This document shows positions 13,164 to 25,100 of a stretch of 64,000 nucleotides of DNA, one piece after another. The position numbers and the translations under genes are program-made. How positions within the stretch are numbered: the first letter of the stretch is position 1; each line of letters opens with the position of its first letter. The DNA is from Octopus vulgaris (lineage: Eukaryota). The DNA lies in assembly GCA_951406725.2 (NCBI GenBank), contig OX597814.1:103354001-103418000 (forward strand). Direction: 5' to 3'. The notes under the pieces were generated by a model. The model made no database searches, had not been told where the DNA came from, and saw only the letters and a program-made list of their open reading frames with translations.

Positions 13164-16100
13164 GTCAATATTTTCTCCTCTACTCGGAATTTTGGTCGTG
13201 TTATTTCCCATTCGAGCGGAATTAGAAATTTTTTCCTTTTCCTTTCAGATGTTCAGGAAGCCTGCCCGCCGGAGGAACCGCGAGATCTGTCGATGCGGCG
13301 ACCTTTCGATCCTGTCGCTCACGATTTGGATCCGAAATTCCGACTCACCAAATATGCTGACCTGAAGGGATGAGGGTGTAAGGTCCCCCAGGAAGCTCTG
13401 CTCAAGCTTCTTGAGGGACTACAACAGGACAGCAGTGCCCAGGAGTCCGAACACTTCCAGTACATCGCCAGTGTTCCTCGAATAGGTAAGAAATGGCTTC
13501 ACCAATTTTTTTTATTCTATCGGAAACGAGACATTGCTGCTACTGTCTCGGCATTAACCACCAAATCGGCTTTTATTTCGCCGATCTGGATGAAGTAAAG
13601 AACCCAGCTTATTTCTTTTAGTCGCAAATAATTTTCCTAAGTTTATTTTATGATTTTGGGGTAGATTTTGGTGTGTACCTTGTGTTTGTGAGACATAAAT
13701 AGGTTTTTTAATGTGACTCCCTTTCGATGCTCTCCTCTCCATAATGGCGGCTCTCAGCGCGTGGTGGCAGGTGTGTGTGTGTGTGCGTACGTGCGTGTGT
13801 GTTTGTCTGTGTCTGCAGTATACGTCGGCAGGTGTGTTTGTGTTGGCAGGTGTGTGTTTGTGTATGTCTGCAGTATACGTCGTTGGCAGGTGTGTGTGTG
13901 TCAACAACTTGTTGCAACAACATCCCCCCCACCCCCAGTTGCTCGTCTTTTCTTCTAAAACACTTATTTAAAAACATCTTTTATTATTATTCAGTCACAC
14001 TGTTTCTTATTGTTATTCCTGACCATCAATCCCGACTCAACACAAATTCTATCGTCTTTCATTTTTCAATTTACATCAAAAGATTTCCTACAAAAGAATT
14101 TTCCCTTTTCTGTTTTTCCCGGCGACTTCTTTCAACACAAATTTTCTCAACAGAACCAACAAATTAACTCAACATTTTCCCGTTTATTTTGCATTTTAAT
14201 TAAGAAAAAAAAAACGCAATTTTTTTCCTTCGGGCTCAGATTTTTATTTAAATTTCATTAAATTTTAACAAAGCTCGTTATTTTTCTTTCTCGTTTTAAA
14301 AATATATTTGCCAAAGACTTTTATTTAGATTAAATTCATTTCTTTAATTTTCCTATTAATTACAAATTTATTTCAATTTAAAAATTTGCTGTATTCTTTC
14401 TTAGACCAACCTAGTTGGCTCGTATTATTTAATTTTAACATATTTCTACTTAAATTATTTAATTAATTCAGTATATCTGAGGGAAGATTTAATTTAAAAC
14501 CAATTATTTCCAATTAAAAACAAAATATGCACATTGTTTCGCTTTAATGTTTTCCTCTTAATTTTGACAACAATCTGTAAGTTAGGGTTGTTTTTGTTTT
14601 ATAACAATATGAAATATTTGGTTCATGTTTGCTTATTAATATTTCTTTTATTTCATTTCCCTCTTCATATTCTTCCCTCTTTTCTTGGTGCAATTTTTCA
14701 ATTCTAGACTTACGTCATCGTAAACTTGGCATAAATTAGCCAACTTTTAAGACATTATTTCAACGTTGCTGCAATTTTCTACATTTTTAATTACTTATGT
14801 AAAAAAAATTGACATCTTTTGCTTACAATTCTATTAAAACACCTATTCGAAGTTAATAATTTTACTATCTTGCTTGGCCATATTCGATGCAAGTCTACCA
14901 AATTATCGATTTTCATCTATTCATAAATAAAATCGAAAATTTTTTTTATAAAACAAGCAAAAAAAGTCTTTGAGATATTATTATGAGATTCCTGAAAGAG
15001 ACAATGCGATAGGGGAGAGGGACCAAACGGTGTAAAAAGTTGATGGTGGGAAGTGTGACGAAAGATATGAAAACGGAAGCCGGTGGTTGTTAAGGGATAA
15101 CCTGCCTGTAGGGGCAGGGACTAGTGACTTCTATAATCCAGGGAAAGATGATTGTGGTAATAGAGGAGGCAGATGACTACAGGTGTTGTCAGTTAACAAT
15201 AAACCACTCTACCTAGGACTTAATGAACTGTAAAAATTCTTTGGTAGAGTACCACACCTTTGTAGCTTGGCTGTTGCTAAGAGAATTGAGTGTTAGGAAT
15301 TTAGCATGCAGGTAGGGTGTCCCTCACAGCTTGGCTCATAACATAATCCTAAAAGTGGAGTTTGAAACCAGCTGTGGGAACTGTAATGGTTTAGTTCTTC
15401 ATGGATCAAGATGTCTAAGATTTAGAGATGAAAATTCCTGATATGGAGGCAAAAGCCGAAAATTAGGAAGGCTGAAAGTAAATCGAGTAAAGAGAAAAAT
15501 ATTATAAAAGTAGAACTCTGCTGTCAAGATGTCAGCGTACAACTGCTGTATCTCAACTGGCCTACTTCATATATACGAGGAATGTGGGGTTACAAGTGGA
15601 GGAGGTAAACTTGTGTGGTTTTGTGGTAGATGCACAGCTGTAGTTAGCTGTGAGAGGATGCAAGGAATATATTCCATCCAATGCTTCTGTTAGTTAAGTT
15701 ACCAAATAAAATGTAGAGAAGTGTTGTGAAAGTAGTCAGAAGAAAACCAGGCTGGAAAAGTGCAGGGAGCCATTATTTGTGAGGGTAAAGGTTAGATTGG
15801 TATAATTCTTGTGTATGAAGTGTGATGGATGGTTGTGGAACGTGGCCGTTGAGTGTGGGATGTGTAGAAGCTGGGAAGAAACGAGGTGAACATGTTTTGT
15901 TGGATGTGTATGGATAATGGGACAAAAGTGGTTGGTCTGAGAGGAAGGAAGTTACAGAAAATTAAGATTGAGGAAATAATAGAGAGAAGTGAAGGCTGAA
16001 TTTTAGAAAAGAGATAAAGGAGTGTGGTGGGATGCTGTGCTGGAGAAGAGTTGTTTACCTGGTAAAACTGGAGATAAGGATGATACAGTGTAGATCTCAA

Positions 16101-19100
16101 GGGAAATGTTTCTAATGTTGGGTTAGGACCAACAGATTTCATTGTGTCATTTGTAGAAATGGGACATTGTTATGTTCTAATTGGTGATACCTAAAGAATG
16201 GATATCTTTTCTACTTAAGAATTGGATAGTTTTATGGAATGTTTTAGTATTGGAACAACAAACTGCATTATAAAACCTGATACCAATTAAAAACAGTTAC
16301 AAAATTTATGTTAATTTAGAAAGAAAATTTATTACAAGAAATTTTTTCTTCAGCTTCTTTTTGTAAAATGTCACTTTAAACAGGGTGTTTGTGGCATTAT
16401 CGTTTATTCAAGCTCAGAACTGACTGACTGCCATGTTCAATGCTTTATTTCATTCATAACAGCAGTGACAACTATTTCTCTTAAATTCCGATTAGTGCTT
16501 ATTTTCTTTACCCTTATTGACACCACCCTGCATGATACCATCTTCAGTTGTATTCTATAAATCCACCGCTTATATGTCCTTGGGACCCCTGATGTATGGA
16601 ATTTTGCTGATTGAGTATATACCCTCAACATGTACTATTTTCATGGATTAATTATATGCTCTGAGAGGTGTAGTTTTGTCTATGGTTAAGAGGTACACTT
16701 CCCAAACATGATTTTGGGTTCAGTTGTTCTATACAACACGTTGGCTAATTGTCTTCTGCTATAACCCTGGATCGATCAAATCTTTGCAAGTTAGCTTGGA
16801 AGGCAGAAACTGAAAAGACCATGCCGTGTGTGTGTGTGTATATCAGTGCATCCCCCAAAATCCCTGAGCTGCAAACAATGATTTTGTTGTCATTTCTCCT
16901 CTCACCAAATCGTTGGCTGGTTTTGCTCCTGAGATGATATGTAAAATTAAGGGGCCCCCTGCTTGAAAAAATGGGTAATGGTTAATAAGAGGAAGCAAAT
17001 GCAGCTGTAAAACAAAGCCTCAAAAATATGTTCATCTAACCCATTGTAGCATATAAAAACAAATGACGACTTCGTAGTGTTTTGCTAATAATATTATAAT
17101 GTTTAATACTTACAATTTCTCAACCATCATTTTTATATCCGTGTCTTGCTCCTCTCTGAATACTCTCACTCATCGTATCATTTCTGCAAGGTTGTCTTGA
17201 GGTTGTTCTTCTGTACTTTGTCTCATGCCTTCTGGGGTCTCCCTTTTTCGTGAGTTCCATCCACTGTGAGCGATCGGCACTTCTTTATAGAGCTGTCGAC
17301 ATCCATCTGTATCACATAACCAAACCAATGCAGTCTTCTCTCTTGCACACTGCATCTAATTCCTCTCATGCCTGACATTTCTCTCAACACACCAGCACTC
17401 TGTTGCATATGTACTCTTACATTACACATCCAACAGAGCATACCAGCCTCATTCCTCTCTAGCCTTTGCATGTCTTCTGCATTCAGGGCCCACATCTCAC
17501 TATCATGTAGAATTGTTTGTATACATCATACAATCTTCCTTTCACTTGGAGGGAGATAACAGAGGTAAAACATCTCGGAATTTTCTCTATCCTATTCTTA
17601 TTCTAATGATTACACTTTCCATGCATCCCCCCCCCCCCGCTAATTAGGTTCCCTAGGTAACAAATTATCCACTACCTCTAAACAGTCTTTGGGGCTCTTG
17701 AAAACATCAATTTCCTGAGAATCTGTAATTTTTATGACTCCTGTGCATCTTCCACATACAAACATTACTTTCTCTGACAATCTTCCTATTATTCCACTGC
17801 ACCTCTTGTGCTGAGTACAGTGGGTACACCATAATGGAATTCCTACTTACACCTTTCCTACAAATTGAGCAAGGCCATTCTCCTGATGGGGGTAGAGTCT
17901 GTTTTCTTAATTTCTAGAACAGTAGTCTTTGATATGTTAACCATAAGGCCAGATTCCAGGTTTTACTTCCACACTTGGAATATCTCTGATATGGAATCCA
18001 CTATGAGGGCAAGATCATCAGCATATAGTAGTTCCCAGCGACTACTAGTCTTGAATTCCTCTGTTATGGTCTAGAGGACAGTGATGAAAAGGAGGGAACT
18101 AGGGATGGAACCTTGATGAACCCCTACCTGTGCACCAAATTCTTCACAGTACTTGTGATTAACTCCCACCTTACTGACAGTGCCAGTTGTTGCGAGGTTA
18201 AAAGAATAATAGGAGAGAGAGAGACAGTGTGAAGGAGACTTAGAAAAATAGAGATGGTGGTGGATATGTTGGGAAATAGCTTTTGGGTGCAGTGGGAGAG
18301 AATTTCATCAGAATGTGAAAGAAAATGGTTAGGTGGGATAGAGATAGGAGTGGCACAGTGGGGGAAGGGGTTATAATAGATAGGTGAGGGCATTGGGAGA
18401 GATAGGGGATAAAAGAAGTGTTAAGGATGGATGGAGTATAGTAGAGAGGAGGCAGCATTGCTGGAGGAAGATGAGGAATGGAGGTGGTCCTGGGGAGGGG
18501 GAAGGCGATTATGGTTGTTGAATAATATCAAGTGATGAGTTTAGGGAGAAGCTTGATAGGGGTAGGGCAGAGCTGCTTTGCACATACAAACATTTACCAA
18601 AGTGGTTTTAGGATATCAATTCTGTTGTGGTGGGTGGGTTTTCTTGAGCACAACAAGGCTCCAGATATCTCAGTCCTTTGTCATCTCCTCTTTAAGGCTT
18701 TGTATCTCTTAATACTTTCTCCATAACTTCCTTCTTTGAGTGATTGGTACTTCTTTATGCAGCTATCCTCTTCCATCTGTATCACATGTGCTGTATTTTC
18801 TCCTGCACACTGCATCTGATTCCTTTCTAATCCACTCTGCAGGGTGGTTGGTGTTAGGAAGGGCATCCAACCATAAAAACCCTGCCAAAACAGTCACAGT
18901 AGTCTGCTGCAGGTTTCTGCCTGGCCGGCTCCTGTCAAACTGTCCAACCCATAGCATGGAAGGTGGATGTTAAATGATGATGATGTTGATATATAATATG
19001 CAATTCATCAGGGGACTAGGTATGTTCTATGAGGGCTCAGTTTGGTTTACCACTAAAACTCCAGTTTGAACATAAGAAATGTGTTTTAGTTAGAAATATA

Positions 19101-22100
19101 GGAAGGAAATGGTTGAAGTCCTAATTGTTTCAAAATTCTTCTTTTCCATGTTTTTGTCAATCCTAACCTGTTTTCAAGCCAGGTAATGTCTTCTCATTGT
19201 CAGACATTTTTCATAGAACACTAAAAACAGACATTGTTCCTCTGACACAGTGGCTCATTTACAACCATCACATGCTAACCACTGTTCTTGAGGAGACCTA
19301 TTGAGTCAAGTACGTCAACATTAACATCAAAATAAAAGTCAAATGGAAATTGTATTTAAGATACCCGTGCCGGTGACAGGTAAAAAGCACCGTCTGAACG
19401 TGGCAGATGCCAGCATTGCCTGACTGGCGTCTGTGTCGGTGACACGTAAAAGCACCAACCGATTGTTTGCGAGCCTCCTCTGGCCCCTGTGCTGGTGGCA
19501 TGTAAAAAGCACCCACTACACTCACGGAGTGGTTGACGTTAGGAAGGGCATCCAGCTGTAGAAACACTTCCAGATCAGACTGAAGCCTTGTGCAGCCTCC
19601 TGGCTTCCCAGACCCGGTCGAACCGTCCAACCCATGCTAGCATGGAAAACGGACGTTAAACGATGATGATGACATGAAATCAGACAATGTTATAAAGAAA
19701 CACACACACACCATCATATATGACTGGTTTCTTTTAGACTACCAAATCAACTTACAAGGCTTTGTGACTGTGTGCGTGGATTTGGTTATTATGAACTCCC
19801 ACCAATTGATGGACAAAATATGTTTATTCCAAAAATCTTCAAACCCAATCAAGAAAACTTTGGATAAATTAAACAGTTTTTTTTTGCATCTTTTTATTGT
19901 CACAATCAACAAATCTTAATGTAATTAAGCATTAGGAAGGGTATCCTGTTGTAGAAACTATGGCAAAAACAGGCAATGGAGCCTGCTGTGGCTCCCAGCC
20001 ATACCAGCTCCTGTCAGATCATGTAACCCATGACAACATAGAAGATTATAAAATGATGGTGGTGATGATAATGATGATAATTAGATCTGAATGAAATTCA
20101 ACAAAGACAGCAATATTGATAACCTGACCTATTTTAATCTAATAATAGTTTTAGCAATAAAAGTAACTATTTACAACAAAAAAAAAGAAACCCAACTAAT
20201 TTTTAAAATTGTCATGCCAGAAATTTTAATGAGGTCAGAATAGTGTCACCAACACAGTTTCTTTTAATTAGAGAGATTTTATTCATTGGCTATGAGTTTA
20301 AAAATGAAAGGTGGGGATCAGAGATAGAGAGACATTGGTGTCTGTCTTTAAAAAGTTTCAACAGATAAACAAACTCTATACTTGAAAATATTTATTATAT
20401 ATTCACGTAAGAAAAATTCATGTTTAAAGAATTAATAAAGTTTACCATCATCAAAATCATTCCAAATTCTAATGAAAACATGGCTACCCCTGCTTGTCCT
20501 AGTCATCCACCTCTCTACCGTCTCAAATAGTCAAGGGAGTTTTCTTTTTTCTCCCCTATTTTGTAAGCTACTCAGCAACTGCACAAGCACTAGTGGCACG
20601 AAACAGCTGTTAGAGACTCTATATCTATATTTTCTATCTAAATTGTCTTTTTCAAGTGATGCCAAATGGTTTACCTTTTTTTCATTTTTACTTAATTCTA
20701 AAATAATTGTGAATATAGATTTATAAATATAGTTTTCATCATCATCATCATACCTCCGTTCTCCATGCTAGCATGGGTTGGACGGTTCGACTGTGGTCTG
20801 GGAAGCCAGAAGACTGCACCAGGCTCTAGTCTGATCTGGCAGCGTTTCTACAGCTGGATGCCCTTCCTAACGCCAACCACTCCGAGAGTGTAGTGGGTGC
20901 TTTTTACGTGCCGCCGGCACAGGTGCCAGGTGAGGCTAGCAACGGTCACGATCGGATTGGAGCTTTTTACGTGCCACTGACACGGAAGCCAGTCAAGGCG
21001 GCGCTGGCATCGGCCATGTTCGGGTGGTGCTTTTTACGTGCCACTGGCACGGAAGCCAGTCTAGGCAGCACTGAAAACTATATATGAATGTGTGTGTGGT
21101 TTTTGTGACACCGCAAGAAGTTCTTAAATCTATTCAGCAAAGTTTCTAAGTCTCCTGTAAATTTGAACTGAAAAATTGGTCAAAAAACAATATATATTTA
21201 TTTACTACCCACAAGGGGCTAAACACAGGGAACAAACAAGTACAGACAAACAGATTAAGTCGATTACATCGACCCCAGTGCATAACTGGTACTTAATTTA
21301 TCGACCTGAAAGGATGAAAGGCAAAGTTGACCTCGGCGGAATTTGAACCCAGAACGTAGCGACAGATGAAATACGGCTATGCATTTCGCACGGCGTGCTA
21401 ACGTTTCTGCTTCTGGGTTTGTCTAGCATATACTGTCAGAAATGTGCCTGGCCCTTATATCCCATTATACCATCTTCAATTGATAGTTGCCTCTTTGTTT
21501 TATGATATTTTCGTATCTGCTATAAACATATGGAAGTGATAATTTCAGATCACATCATACCTTAGGCCATGCTGTGGTTTTTCCCTGTATGAACTACTTG
21601 ACTGGCCCTTGTGCCGGTGGCATGTAAAAGCACCCACTACACTCTCGGAGAGGTTGGTGTTAGGAAGGGTGTCCAGCTGTAGAAATTTTGCTATTTCAGA
21701 TTGAGCCTGGTGCAGCCTCTGGCTCATCATTTCTCAGTCAAACTGTCCAACCCATGCCAACATGGAAAGCGGACGTTAAACAATGATGATGATGCTGCCA
21801 CCACTGTCGCCACCGCCCGTAATAGTACTCAATACTTAGCTTGCTAATCTCGCAAATATTGATACCCTATTTTGTGGGTTTGTCTAGCATATTCTGTCAG
21901 AAATGTGCCTGGCCCTTATATCCCATTATGCCATCTTCAATTGATAGTCACCTCTTTGGTTTATGATATTTTCGTATCTGCTATAAACATTACCAAGAAG
22001 GTTCTTAAAGTAAGGATTCATAATTTTCTAGTCCACTTACTGGTGTATTGCCAGTGTCTTTTATGTGTAAGAACTGACGTGATTTCAAACAATCTTGTCT

Positions 22101-25100
22101 GTCTCGTAAATACTGGAAGGTTTGTCTGTATTCCAGTAGTTTTCATCTCCATAAAAATGTTTTGGGCAAAAGTGTCTTAATTTCGTTTAGGCATGTAGCA
22201 GACCAGAAATTGTCTTTTGTTTTCCCTTCGTTTGTATTCTGTGTAACAGTTTGGAATAACTGAAAAGGAAAAAAAATATTATATATAAAAACCATTATTT
22301 GCCTTTGATTCATTGGAAAGACTGTAACTGGCTCAAGTCTTGTCTGAAAAATCTTTTACAAAAAAGAAATACTTTAAAAATCCTTTCCTCATTCTGTTTC
22401 TGGTAAAACTTGCTTTTCCTATCGGAACTGTTGTCAGAGTTGTTGCTTTCACATTTGGAATCGAAATTTCTGGTTCTCCATTGCAGGTGGCTATATTTGT
22501 TGCATATTGGTTTTAACCCCCCCCCCCCCCCGCGAAAAATCCAAATCAGTATCTTTTCTTTTGAGTGAACTGGTGTCTATTTTTCTTTTCCAGTTGTGAT
22601 GGGGTAAAAATATCTGAAAAATTAATAAATCTATTAATTGCATATCTTGTTGGAGTTGCATGTTTCAATGAGTGGAGCAGCAAGATTTTGTGTTGAGATT
22701 CTCATTTTAGATCGAGACAGGGTCATTTTAGCTGGTTTCCTATTTCAAGTCGTTTTCATTGATCAGCGAGGAAATTGTTCTGATTGCACTGAGGTTCACT
22801 GAAATTATATAACTCTATGTTAGTTGTAATTGAGCTGATCTATGATCAAAGACATTCCAGTTGTGACTATCCCATCTTTTATTCGGATTTAACTATCTAA
22901 TGTGGTCCAATATATTTTGAGGGAGATTTGGCTACTTTTTCTATTTAGGTTGAGTGATGTGTGTCACCCACAGAGACAATATGATCTGAATAAACATTTT
23001 ACGTCCTTCGTTTGTCTGATTTAGTTGACTTCTTTCTGGCAATAAAATGCCATCACAGTGGCAAGGCTTTATCTTTCAGAAATATCTTTTAACCGTCAAT
23101 TAGGTTGGATTAAGACCATTTCTTGGATTCAATTTGTATTTTTATTAATTTCTTTCTTAACTCAGAAACTGAAAGTTGTGAGTTATATAAAAGCACTTAT
23201 CATCGTCGTCGTCACACCACTGAAATTAGCAAGCATTCTTTTCCTCCTTTGACCTATTTTATTTCCAGTTAAACATTTTTTTCTTTTCTAATAATTTCTT
23301 TTAATTCCCACTTGATAAATTTATGGCATTTTTCAAAACATATTTACAACTATGCATGTGTGTTTGGGTTCATAATTATTTTACTGGCCACTTTTCCATG
23401 CTGACATGGGTTGGACAAAACTTAATGAGGCAATTTTTTCTTTCTATAGTCCCATGCTCTTCTTGTCACAAATCTTGTTTCCAAATAAAACATTGTTTCT
23501 TCTAGTCCTATTCAGACCTGTTAGTGTGTTTCTTCTAGTCCTATTCAGACCTGTTAGTGGCCTTATATTTGTCTTGTTTGTTGTAATCCATGTATATATT
23601 AACAAGAGTTGTCTTTCTGCTCCAAATTTTTTCCCACATGTCTGTTATATTTTGAATATTGTAATACATAGTGTTTAGTTGTCTATAAATCCATACAGTA
23701 ATTATATATATTACGTGATAGTGACCCTGCTCTGCTGCTGTTTATATCTGGTTTTTGTAGCATTTAAACAACTTGCTACCCCATCTTACTGACCTTTTGG
23801 CCTCATGACAATTTGTCTTGTTAATTTTACATAGTTCTTGCTACAAAACAAGATTTGAGGTTAATTTTCTGTGAATATTTTTCTTTTATCTCCTCTGCTA
23901 CACACTTCTAATTTCTTATCAACTGCTCTTTCCATTTTATTTTATTTGGGAGTATTTTTATGATTAAACTTTATTTAGCGGCAGATGACTCCTCACCTTC
24001 ATTCATGATGTTTATCATCATCATCGTTTAACATCCGCTTTCCATACTGGCATGAGTTGGACAGTTTAATTGAGGGCTGGTGAGCCAGAAGGCTGCACCA
24101 GACTCCAATCTGATCTAGCAAAGTTTCTACAGCTGGATGCCCTTCCTAATGCCAATCATTCCAAGAGTGTAATGGGTGCTATTTATGTGCCGCCGCTATG
24201 AGGGCCAGTCAGGCGGTATTGGCATCAACCACGCTCAAATGGTCCTTTTTATGCGCCACTGGCACCGGAGCCAGTCAGGCAGTACTGGCAACAGCCACAT
24301 TTGAATGGTGATTTTTTTTTTATGTGCCACTGGTACAGGATCCAGTCAGGCGATGCTGGTGACAATCAAGCTTGAATGGTGCTATTAACGTGCCACTGAC
24401 ATGGGTGCCAATCAGGTGGTACTGTCATCGGCCATGACAACAATTTTACTTGCCTTAGCAACTTTTTGCAAGCGCAGTTTATTGCCCAATGATTGAAGGG
24501 TGCTCTTAAATGGGCTGGTTATGCAACACTGACATAGGCCACGGTTATGGTCTCACTTGGCTTGCTGAGTCTTCTTAAGTACAGCATATCTCCAAAGACC
24601 TCGGTCACTTGTCATTGCCCCTGTGAGGTCCAGTGTTCGAAGGTTGTGCTTCACCACCTCATTGGGTCTACCTCTTCCACAGGTTCCCTCAACTGCTAGG
24701 GTGTGACACTTTTTCATACAGCTGTCCACATCCATTTGCAACACATGACCATACCAGCGCAGTCGTCTCTCTTGCACACCACATCTGATGCTTCTTAAGT
24801 TCAACTTTTCTCTTGGGGCACTGTCGAGTATGCACACTGGTATTACACATCCAGTGGAGCATACTAGCTTCATTCCTTGTCAGCTTACACATGTATGTAG
24901 CATGACTGTTCACACACATGCGTTAAGAGCTCTCTTAACTTTGCCCAGGCTATCCTTACTCTAGCAGCTACACTTTCAGAGCATCCACTCCTGCTACTGA
25001 CTTGGTCCCCTAGGTACTGGAAGCTATCAACTACTTGTATTTTTTCTCCTTGGAATGTGATGGAAGCTGTTCTCTGCACATTTTCAGTGTCTATTGCTCC

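Noticed and set aside
13358-13373. TGA codons in all three frames within 16 nt around the Sec codon, and a 38-codon out-of-frame ORF 13249-13365
   Set aside because: Explained by the conserved A-D-L-K-G coding; no evidence of function
13371-13373. SPS as a pseudogene, or UGA recoded to UGG by A-to-I editing
   Set aside because: All other exons are intact and a SECIS is present; the A has a 5' G neighbour disfavoured by ADAR and lies outside the stem
13554-14261. Overlapping ORFs in the ORF track
   Set aside because: Products of (GT)n-rich intron sequence; low-complexity translations
14990-16200. Purine-rich intronic stretch that may be a decayed retroelement
   Set aside because: No motif I could assign with confidence
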